NCBI RefSeq assembly: GCF_025526975.1
Contig: NW_026515670.1
Span: 1,550,001 to 1,614,000, forward strand
Length of the DNA stretch: 64,000 nt
Source of the DNA: Fimicolochytrium jonesii
Taxonomy: Eukaryota
Reading direction: 5' to 3'
Shown: positions 15,745 through 27,329 of the stretch, piece after piece
How positions within the stretch are numbered: position 1 is the stretch's first letter
How the letters are laid out: each line of letters starts with the position of its first letter
The notes under the pieces: generated by a model
What the model was told of the DNA's origin: nothing
Seen by the model: the letters and a program-made list of their open reading frames with translations, nothing else
Databases searched by the model: none
Translations under genes and position numbers: made by a program

Positions 15745-16086
15745 ATGAAGTTCCAACTGACCACCCTTGCCGCCCTCACTTTCCTCGGCCTCACCTCCGC
15801 CGCTCCCGCTGCGGCTGCTGTCGCCAAGTGCACGTACCGCTGCCATGGTGGACCTCAAGTTTACGAGACAGTCGGTAAGTGCTTCCTCCACTATCTGTGA
15901 ACTCCTTGATTTCAACATCTGAGCAACATTTTAACCCATCTCCCACCAGCGACCATCACCCTCACCAGCGGCCCATGTCTCGAAGGCTACTGGGGTCGCG
16001 GCATCGAGCAAGCCAACAAATACTGCAACGAGAACATCGAGAAGTGCAAGGCGCCGTACTCTCCTTACGGATGCGTCGCTTGGTGA
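15745..16086 (+). CDS. Small secreted cysteine-rich protein, 88 aa (exons 15745-15874, 15950-16086)
   Basis: Manual translation: MKFQLTTLAALTFLGLTSAAPAAAAVAKCTYRCHGGPQVYETVATITLTSGPCLEGYWGRGIEQANKYCNENIEKCKAPYSPYGCVAW*. Signal peptide, 6 Cys, GTAAGT...CAG intron keeps the frame. Confidence 0.85.
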
Positions 16087-16784
16087 TGATCTGGCCCGGC
16101 GCCAATTCATCCCGTCAGCAATCGCCATTCTGCTACTCCGATCCCGCTCCGTAGATAGTTTTCATAGCTTGCTGACTTGACGTGCTGGAAACATGTTCCA
16201 AATTCATCAATTCTACATCAAATACATCTTGCCCCACCTCTTCTAAACATATCAGAACAATTGGCGATGGGTTGGAAATGGCGGGGTTGTGAGTTGAGTA
16301 TTATGGCATGGTAGGCAAGAGGTGTGGTACGGCATCTTCGTATGCATGCTCTCCTCAACCAACTCGAATTCCGATGACGCCAACCGATTCTAGCCTATTT
16401 CGGTCTTTCCCGGACTAACTATGGGACTATCGAAGAACGAAGCTCAACTCCAGCCCTGCCAAGCCTTTCGAGCGAGCCGAGCACCATGTACCGCAGGCAA
16501 ACCCCTTATGTATCCACCATCATTGGAAGACCACTCGGGAGGCGGATGACTTGCACACAGAATGGCACACGGTCTGACACCTTCAACCTGTGGCGGGATT
16601 TCTTCCATTCGTGGCGCAGCATTCACTTGCGACTGCGCTGCAGAGTTTGATTGCCACGACCGCGCTGTCGAAAAGAAGCGCTCTGGAATACGCAGGTCTG
16701 AAGAGAGCTCTTCTAATGAACCGGGTCCGCGACACCCGTTGTTTTGGGTTCGTGAAAAGAGTCGATCATTCTTCTTTTCAAGGT

Positions 16785-18221
16785 TCATTTAGCAATGTGG
16801 GGGCACTCAGAATCAGTTCCATTCATCTGAATGTCGTCTGTCTCCAACTGTCCTGTGCCCGAAGCCAAGGTCGCTCCCATACTCGTCACGTCGACCTGCT
16901 TGGCAGGTTTCGATTCCGCCCACGCGATGAAGCACTGCGAGAAAAGGTTTGCGTTAGTATGGGTCCGCAAATGTTGGAACGAAATAGACGGCTGGACGGG
17001 ATGCGTACGAAATTACAGAGAAGCGCGACAGTTCCGAGGACTTCGGAGCCGATGGCTTGAATCTTGGACCACCAGGTCAACGCGAAAACCTACCGAGGGG
17101 GGCAGAATTTTATGAAAAACAGTTTTGAGAATGCCAGAAAGGTGGGGTAGGTACCTCGTCTTGAAGGAACCCAAATATGGCAAGTACCACGGCGTACCAT
17201 AGGAGAGTTGGCCCGAGAGTTAAATGGATTGCTTTCATCTGCGTTCAAATGAGGTTGAGATTCATAGCGACATATCTGCATCTGTGGTATCCCTGTGCTC
17301 ACCTTGGTAATGCTTTTTTGCATATCGGCTTGTGTGCGTCGAAGCTGAGTTGTGCGCAACAGCCCCGTTTCCTTTGATTCCTTCAATGTTTCCGATGCAA
17401 TGCGTACCTAAATGCACTGATCAGAACGCCAGTTCCGCGTCAGCTTACCAGGTAAAACTTACCATTTGATGTGCGAACAGCAGAAAGCCAACGCCCACAA
17501 TGACACTACAGAAGCCGAATACCCAGTAGACGACGGCCGTTAATATCTTATATCTATCTATGTGGCCCTCGTCGTAGGCTTTGCCGCATGCGAGAGATAG
17601 AGGGCACATAACCAGGATCTGCGAAGCGTAGCCAGAGATGCGGAGGATCTTGCATTGTCGCTGATTCGGCAGCCAAATCTTTGTAGCATGCTCAGGGGTC
17701 ATATGTATTCTGCGTTAGAGCAAGACTTTTATCAGCTTCACAATCTCTTTTGGAGGAGCAGGAGAGTCGAGTATGGCAATCTCACACGGATAGTAAGTAT
17801 GTCCATATAGCGGCCAGCCCAAGGCACTGCGTGAAGTCATGAAGTGTTTGAGCAGCGGTTACGTTCGGCATGGTGTGCGTTCCCAACAGCAGGCCATGGG
17901 CTACCCGGCCGCATGAGAAGATGGTCATTAAGAAGATGTAGGAATCTAGCGTGGTAAAGCCATTTTGCCAGATCTTGTGACCCCGCTTTGTGCGGAGGCA
18001 CAACAGGCCGACGCCGAGCACGAATATCGTGAGTGCGAGGGTCGCCTGTACGAGGTGAAGGGCCGCGAAATAGCTCCCGTCAATGCAGTCAGTTACAATA
18101 ACATGCCACCTAGGCCCAAGACAAAGGGAAAAATAGAAAAGGGTTGATGGGTCAGCGAGCTAGCAAGGCAAAGGAATGAAAGCAGTGCATACCGGCAAGG
18201 CTGTAAGTCGGGGTTAGACAT
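16785..18221 (-). CDS. Multi-pass (about 6-7 TM) membrane protein, possibly frameshifted near the C-terminus
   Basis: Exons give MSNPDLQPCRWHVIVTDC... then hydrophobic helices (LALTIFVLGVGLLCL, YIFLMTIFSCGRV, AVVYWVFGFCSVIVGVGFLLF, LLWYAVVLAIFGFL). The frame near 17150 is unclear. Confidence 0.55.
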
Positions 18222-18782
18222 CGCTTGTCTGGCAAATTGGTGCAGAGGGACTAACCGTCGAGGGACCTGCTCTACCCTGAACCAATGCGGGACATCGACA
18301 TCATCCCGAACAAATAGTACTGTGAGATAGATGTCCTAAGGCCCTGGTTGACCATAGAGGCTATGAATAGCCCATTGTTGACAGCAAGCCATCCTGATCC
18401 ATTTTGCGGGCAATATAAATGCATGCGCAATTCAAGTGGGCGTAAATATGATTAGATCCAGCCTTGTGTCCCCTTTCAATCCCCCGCAGGGGAAGTATGT
18501 ACACCAAGAAGCTCCAGACCAAGAAGCTCCAGAAGGGGAGTGTGTATGCACTGCTGCCCGCAAAACATAGGGAAGCGCGACACGGTTGTCAACGCGTCCA
18601 TCCACCGAACGCTAAAACGTGAGTTTCGCCTCACCATAACGCTCCCTCTTTTCTGTGTGAACACATCCTCGTACACAGAGCGTTCGCCGAGAGATCCCAT
18701 ACCCCGAATCTACGAACGCCAAGAGTGCGTGCCGTCTCACATACGAGTTTTTCCCAGTTTTTCGTTGGGATAGTTGCACAAG

Positions 18783-19440
18783 ATGGTATGTGGCGGTTTA
18801 CGAGCATCATTTGGCAAGTAAAAGAGAAGGAAACGAGCGGGACGGAACAGCACAAAGTGGAGCGTGGTCAAACTGGGGGGCGCTAGCATGGATGATTCCT
18901 TACACTGTTCTCACCGTCTCTCCTTCTCCTCATACCCAGTCAACAGCCCGCGCCTCCCGCAAAAAGCGCGCCGTCCGCCAAAACTCCAACATCTTCGCCA
19001 TGTTCGACCAATCCCAAATCGCCTCCTTCAAAGAAGCCTTCTCGCTCATCGACCACGACTCCGACGGCTTCATCGACAAAGAAGACCTCAAGGACATGTT
19101 CGCCTCCCTCGGGTACCCCACCGACTCCTCAACGGACAACATGATCGATGCCATGATCGCCGAAGCCCCCGGCTCCATCAACTTCACCATGTTCCTCACC
19201 CTCATGGGCGAGAAAATGAGCGGCACCGACCCGGAACTGGAGATATTGCAGGCGTTTGAGAGCTTTGATGAGGGGAAGACGGGGACGATTGATGCGGAGG
19301 TGTTGAGGGAGTATATGATGAGCATGGGGGATAGGTTTACGGATGAGGAGGTCGATATCATGTATAAGGGCGCCCCTGTCACGGGAGGGAGTGAGTTCAA
19401 TTATAGGGAGTGGGTTAGGGTGTTGAAGCATGGCGAGTAG
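18783..19440 (+). CDS. RLC1: Myosin regulatory light chain (exon 1 = ATG only; intron 18786-18939)
   Basis: [66 protein letters not shown]. Confidence 0.95.
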
Positions 19441-19791
19441 GGGAGTGGGAGAGGTTGGACGGACGTGGGGATGTGTGGGAGTGAACCGCCAGGATCCAGA
19501 ACACTTTTCCGAAATTGCTTTGTGTAACGTAGGCTGGCGTCTACAGGGCTCAATAAGGTGATATTCGTATATACTGCAGTGGTATCGAAGTATAGAAGGA
19601 CCAGATGGTGTAGTTCGCTGCTATTCCGTGCTAGTAGAAAGGTACTGTACTGTACTTGCTTACAGGAATAGGAAACCAGCTCCATCATCTCTTAGAAACT
19701 CCGCGCGTGTGTCATAGCTACTGAAGAACACGCTGAGTGTGACTCAGGCGTTGGAGTTATTCAACCCTAACCTCAAACTACACACTCACAA

Positions 19792-19851
19792 GGATATATC
19801 CGTATATTCGGTATATCCGGTACATCCGGTATATCCGTAAGGGTATATCCG
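19792..19851. repeat. Short array of ~9-bp GTATATCCG-like units flanked by ACCCTAA motifs
   Basis: atatatccg, tatattcg, gtatatccg, gtacatccg, gtatatccg, gtatatccg. ACCCTAA at about 19764 and 19861. Confidence 0.6.
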
Positions 19852-20791
19852 AGTGTGATAACCCTAAACTTTTCCGTGCGGAAGGCAGTAATTCCGCGCG
19901 GAAGGCTAGGCGTGGCGTGGGCACCCGGCCATCCACATCACATGCACCCGCCGTCCATATTCCCCTTCCAAACAGGTAGGTCCACCTACAAATAGGAGCT
20001 TTCGAGGGCAAGTCCCTGTTACCCCGCAGGAGCTGTGTAAAACTCCCATTTCCGCACCAACCCTTTCATTCGTTTCATCGGGCCTGCGCGTCTCCTCCCC
20101 CACCCCCCCGTATCTCTCATCTGTGAGACGTCCAGCCTTTGGAGTTCAAGGAAGAAAAAAAAAGAAGTGGAAACGGGTCGAGGACGCGTTCAAACTCTGG
20201 TAGCGTTACCGTAAGCACGCCGCATATGTGTTTCCTACGTACAACCGCGTTGCTATGTTTGCGATCGCTCTCTGCGGCTTCTGCCTGGCTCGCAGGCGCG
20301 AAATCATTGCGGACGCTGACAGCAACGGATACCCGCGCATGGGTGCGGATCAGCGACGGGGGCAGGAGCGGGCGAGACCCCTTCGTCGCAATAAATATGT
20401 GCGGGCGAACGGGACTGAGAGGCGGAAGAGGATAAAAGCGCGTGTTTGGACGCGTTCCGACCGCTTATGGTAAGCCAGAAACATTTCGTGTTTTCGGACA
20501 TCTCGGACAGCGCGATGAGTTTGCCGCTATTCCTCGAGGAGCCTGGGTGCGAGGAAGCGCCCTGCAAATCTGTCTTTCAGCGGACCAGTCGTAAAGATGG
20601 GAGTCCCATAGTCATTGGGCGATATGGGGCTTGGACATTCGATGCAGGCATCTTTCACACACTTTTTGCTATCATACTGTATACACACACACAAGCTATC
20701 TATATACACTTCCAATGGCCCATCCTCCAACCTGCTCTCGTCATATCTCCAGAATGGGCGGCCCTGAAAGCCGGATGTTGCGTTCGACACC

Positions 20792-20824
20792 CCCATTCCC
20801 ATTCCCATTCCCATTCCCATTCCC
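20792..20824 (+). repeat. (CCCATT)n microsatellite
   Basis: About 5 tandem units. Confidence 0.9.
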
Positions 20825-20926
20825 CAGCCAACCCTCGCCACGCCCTACGCTATCCTAACCACATCCTCTAATCTCATCCCTCTCCAAGCCCCACGCAATG
20901 ATCGCCCTTGTATCCATCATCATTCC

Positions 20927-21975
<1,049 letters not shown>

Positions 21976-22697
21976 ACTTTTTTGGGCCGGTCTGTGACTA
22001 TGTGGTGGGGAAATCGGATATATTCGAAGCTGGTGGGATTCGGAGGCAGCTTGCGAGAATATGTGTGTTGACGCTTGGGGGGGGGGGGGGGGGGGGGGGG
22101 GGTTTGTTAAGGCGATGATGATTGGAAGGTTCGAGAGAGTGGTGGGTGATCTTGGGGGTGGGAACATCGGCGGTCTGGATGGAAAAAAGAAGGCGGCCAG
22201 TTGAACCAAGTCAGAATCACGTGCAGTCACGCTCACTCCCGTCCTGAGGAAAATTGACTGGGTAGCGGATAACCTTGGAAGGACGGACGCATGCCCCCGG
22301 ATAGGCATGCTTAGCCACTAGGATGGCATTTTGCCTGATGTCTCCCAGCGGAACGCACTCTTTCGGCAGATACTCAGCAGCGAGCGTTGATGGTTGATGC
22401 CCTGTACATACATCATGAAGCGCATCACCGACGAGCGATGGGCATCCACAAGGGCCTTGTTCACCATGACATAATCCCAAGAGAAAACACAAACGCTCAC
22501 ATTTTTACTCCTGTATATTCTCCTTCCAAAAAACAACTCCCCAACATCGAGATGGGTCTGGGTGTGTGTTGTGGTATATATGTACACAGTCTCACTACGT
22601 ATAAGCACAGGCAGGTAAGGCAAAGGTATCTCACAGCTCCACATTGCGCGCGCCATATTTCCCCCCTCTCCATCTCCCTCTCCTTTCCTCCTTCTAC

Positions 22698-24609
22698 TCA
22701 CGAAACATAAAGCCTAAAAACCTTCTTCCCCCCCTTCAAATCCTTCCTACAAATCGGGCACTTCTTATGCACCCGCACCGCATCCTTGATACAGTCCTCG
22801 CAGAACACGTGCCCGCAGATGGTCGCGCTGAGTTTCGTGTTCGGGTCGTCGGTGAGACTGTCGAGGCAGATGGCGCATTTGAGGCCGTTGTCTTGGCCGG
22901 GGGGCGGCTTGGTGGAGGTGGAGGAGGAGGCGAGGGGGTTGTGTGATTGGGGGAGGGCGTTGGTAAAGAATTCCGGGGTATTTGTGGAGGAGCTGGAGGA
23001 GGAGGAGGAGGAGACGGGGATGACACCGCCGAGGGCAAGTGGTTGTCTGTAGTTGCGGCGGTTATTGGCTGCAGCGGTGATGCTATGCGGGACAAAGTTG
23101 GGCGAAGGCAGTCCGACCACTGATCCAAATCCGAATTGAGTTTGTGGTCGTTGGTCCCTGCCTATCATGCGTTGGAAGTGACCTTTAGAGAAAACGATGG
23201 TCAACATCAATCTAAATAACGGATGGGATGCCCTCCCTACAAGTCAACTTACCCATCCAGTTATCAGGTATTGTCTGCCGATCCATAGCGTCCGCACTCG
23301 ATGTCCGTCTACGTCGCATCGCAGGCGGCGGCTGGACTCGGCCAGATACATGATGCAAAACTTGAACCTCGTCGTCATCATGTTCAGTTAAATCTACTGC
23401 TGTTGATGCACTACCTCCAGCTGCTGCCGACCCCACTACTGCTCCAGCTAGCGGAGGTTGAGACGTGTTGTTCAGTCTCAAGCGAACTGAGCGAGTGAGA
23501 TGCGCTGGTGCTTCAGGCGTGTTGGGTGTGTTCAGGATATGGACGTATGGGTTGCTGGATCCGCCAATGGTGCCTGCTCCGTGTACTGGCGTCTCGCTGA
23601 GATCTATGACGCCGGAGGAGGACGCGCCTCTCGGGGCAAGTGGTGTTCGCATTTGGTCTATCCGCCCGGCGCGACCGAAATTTGTCCGTCCGCCAGTAGC
23701 AGCAGCAGGGAAAGGAGAGTCGTTGGTAGTCAGATCAATAACTGGTATATCATCCTCCTCGGCGTCGTCTTCTGCTCCGGGTATCGGCGACTCGAGCACA
23801 ATGACAGAAGACTGTCCATGTGGTGTAACGGGTTCACTGACTTCTAAGTCGACATTCACAGGCAGCTCAGTAATCTCTCCATCACCTAGATCCATCCGCT
23901 CCATTTGCGTAGAGGGTGTAGCCTGATATGCTTCCGCGTGCGTCACGCCTTCCATACTGCTCGTGGGTTCTTCCTGTCGGGTATCGTCACGAACCAAACG
24001 CGGCCGTTTCGCTTGTCTGGCACTCACGCGGGGCGATTCAAGCAGAGCCAAAAAGTCAGTTGACCTACGCCGAGCGGAAGGCGACGAGTCAGACGCAGCC
24101 GAGCTTCGTCGCCGTCGTGAGATGTAGGAAGGCGGTGTTTCGGGTACTACAGTTTCGCCAGCTGCACCCGCATTCGCCACCAGTTGGTTGACAGCGACTT
24201 CCGAGAAAGCCCCATTCCGGGTGCTGGTTTCGTCTTCGGAACTCATAAAGATAGCGTCTTCTTCGTCGTCTTCATCTTCGACACTCGAGCCGTCACTTAC
24301 TGAGAGTAATTGGTTCCCCAGTGTCAGTGGCGGGCGGGAACGGTGATTGGCGCGATTCGGCACTGCTGCCGGGCGTTCATCACCTTCCGTCCCCGACTCG
24401 TCAAGCAATGCTCCGTCCGGCTTTCGTTTCGCGTGGGAAGGTTGTTCGTGTGGCATTGCCACAGGTTGTCGTCCGCCCGCGGTACTGGGGCACGCAGTCA
24501 AGTCCCGTGACGAGCGAGGCTCGACTTTCAGCGCCTCTCGGGAGTTGCGAGCCTTGTCGAGGTGGGATTGGAGAAACGGAGGGAGGGGGATAGAGGGTTC
24601 TCTGTCCAT
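22698..24609 (-). CDS. RNF4/Slx8-like SUMO-targeted RING ubiquitin ligase
   Basis: Disordered N-part with SIM-like motifs (VIVLES, VIDLT, VIDLS, AVDLT), intron 23183-23252, and C-terminal C3HC4 RING CAICLD...CGHVFCEDCI...CPICRK...RLY. Start codon uncertain. Confidence 0.8.
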
Positions 24610-25030
24610 ATGGATCGGTTGTTTTGGGGCGTGGGAGAATCGGTGGCCTTCAAAGCTTCGATGAGTTTGCGAAAAGGGGTCCTGCGGAACAAAAGCGCGT
24701 GTTATGTGCCGTTGGAATTGAGACAGGCTGCAGCTGTCGTCCACGGACGGTTGAGGGATGTGCTGAGGAAGGAGAGGGTATGGGTGTTGCGTCGTTCGCT
24801 GGGTTCGTATGCTTTTACCGGTAATGTTGCGACAGGAAAGAAGCACGAAGGGCACGTAGTTGACAAAAGCGCAAGTTGGGTTATTCATCAAACGCAAACG
24901 ACTGACAAAAAGCGCAAGTTGGGCGACCGGCGAGGGCGAATTGGCGATAGTAACGGTGAATTATCGCCTCCCTCCGAACGCTTGTATCGGTGTTGAGCAT
25001 AATCAATTTTGTGCTCTGGAGAGGAACATA

Positions 25031-25563
25031 GTCCTCTAGACTCTATGGACGAGGAGGAGGTTGCTTAGTAAGCTTCTCTATTTTTCTTCTCAAGTGAATA
25101 AATAACAGATAACCCTAGCTTCCCGTTCCTTTATCTCTTTTGAGCTATCAAGTGCTATGACTGAAAGCTACGGTGGGAGGGAGGGATGTTTCAATGAAGA
25201 AGAAGAACTAGCTATCGGGAGCGCAGCGTGCAATTTAGGACCCAATGTCCAGGGAAACCCGTAAACCCATAACTATAGCGAGTAGAGGGGCGAATGCGGG
25301 GTTCGAGAGGGGGTGCTTAGTGCGGCGGGTAGTGAGGTGGGATACTAAGCAACCTCTCCCTCGTCCATAGACTCTAGAGGACATTAGGTCCTAAATTGCA
25401 CGCTGCACTCCCGATAGCTAGTTCTTCTTCTTCATTGAAACATCCCTCCCCCCCGCTGTAGCTTTCAGTCATAGCACTCGATAGCTTAAAAGAGATAAAG
25501 GAACGGGAAGCTAGGGTTGTCTGTTATTTATTCACTCGAGAAGAAAAATAGAGAAGCTTACTA
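25031..25563. repeat. Inverted, circularly permuted duplication of a 216-bp unit (copy 1 25031-25250; copy 2 25343-25563)
   Basis: 25031-25070 pairs with 25343-25382, and 25066-25250 pairs with 25379-25563. About 12 mismatches, nearly all transitions. Confidence 0.92.
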
Positions 25564-27329
25564 CAAGCAACCCCCGAACGGAGTCCATCACAGTACGCCG
25601 ACCACCACCAGGTAACAACTGCAACCCCTCACCGTTTACACTACCACAACACTGGCGCGAGGTTGTTGACACACAGCTAACCCTAACCTCAACCCTCTCA
25701 GGCCCACCGTTGCTGCGCCACCCATTCTTGAGCTTGTCGCGACGGGCGCGGACGCTGTTTTTGCCCTCTCTTCCGTACCCCACCATCCCAACATCATTGC
25801 CATCGCTTCGGCAGACATACACGTACAGAACCTCCGCCGGCGATATTCGGGCTCAGGACCTCCTAGGCTCGAGGTTCCCAGTAAACAACACTCAATTTGA
25901 ATCACAGGCAGCTGAGAAACATGGCTTTTAGTGATGAAGGTAAGCAGTAAAGCATTGCCGGCATTGCGTACCTGATTGCGGTGGACAAGGTTGTCGTACA
26001 GCTCCAGGAGTTCACCACAGTGTTCTGATACGCATGCTTTTGACCTTTTCATATTTGCACAGGATGTTATGATCTCGACGACTGAGGCGAAAGCGAAGTA
26101 GAGAAGACAAGGCGAGAGTGATAGGCGACAAGAAATTGTATTGGCAAAACAAGAAACAAGGACTAGAACAGGAGATGAGAAGAACTGGTGTTGATCTGCT
26201 GGGGAGGAAGGGAATGGACGAAGAGAGGCCGGCTATTTATAGATAGGTAACCCAGCAGGCCAGAGAACAACAACAACAAGAGGGGACTGGGGGGTCGCCA
26301 GCTATGCTCCTAGAGCGTGCGTGGCGAGCGTAGAGAGCATTGCTACAGCTGCTGGCTATGGAGAAGTAGTGGGGGTGTGGAGAAGCCGAGGGGGGATTGG
26401 CGAAATGAGAGGAGAGAGGAGGAGTGGCGAGATTGCGGGAGGATTGGCGAAATGAGAGGAGAGAGGGGGAGTGGCATTGACATTGACATTGACACTGACA
26501 TTGACACTGACATTGACATTGACATTGGCGTTTGACATTGGCGGCTGTCAGTAGGTAAGCTTATGGTATGGGCGCGTTGTCCATAACATCACCCCTCTCT
26601 TTAGCGGCGGCGGCGGCGGCGTCGAGTTTGGTGTAGTTGCGGAGGAGGGGCACCGGGGACAGAGGAAGGCTTGTTGGGGTACGCGCTGTGGAAGTCCTTT
26701 AGGAGTGCGTTGGTATGGGTGATGTTATGAATGGGCGGAGCCGATGGAAATAGAGGCGACTTGTGGTGCAGATTGTTGACAGGTAATGGTATTCAGATCG
26801 AAACAAGAACTAGAACAAGACTAGGAAGAACTGGTGTTGATCTGCTGGGGGATCAGGAAGTGGGGAGCTCAGGGGAGGCGGCTATTTATGTTTTTCTGGG
26901 AAGGCTGGGGAAGCGTGGGGAAGCAGAAGGGTACGGAATGAGAGGGAAGCCAAGAGAAGCGCCAAGGGTGGGGAAGCATAGAAACAGAAGACTGGGGATG
27001 GGGTGGCTACGCTGAGGCCGTGGGCGGGTACGTGGGGAAGTATGGAAACAGAAGACTGGGGATGGGGTGGCTACGCTGAGGCTGTGGGCGGGTACGTGGG
27101 GAAGTATGGAGAAGGGTTTGTAAGCGCCGAGTGTTGGGAGGTGTGGCTACGTGCGGCTGCGTGGAGAAATGAAGGCAGTGGCAGGTGTGGGGTAGCGCGG
27201 CTGCGTGCGGCTGCGAGGTTTGGCAGATGTCAGGTTTTGACAGGGAATTGACATTGACTGACTGTTGGGATGCTGTCATGAGGTAAGCGCATGGTATGGA
27301 CGCGTCGTCCATAACATCACCCCCTCCTT

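Noticed and set aside
22077..22102. Poly-G run upstream of the E2 gene
   Set aside because: Simple homopolymer of unreliable length, with no other support for function.
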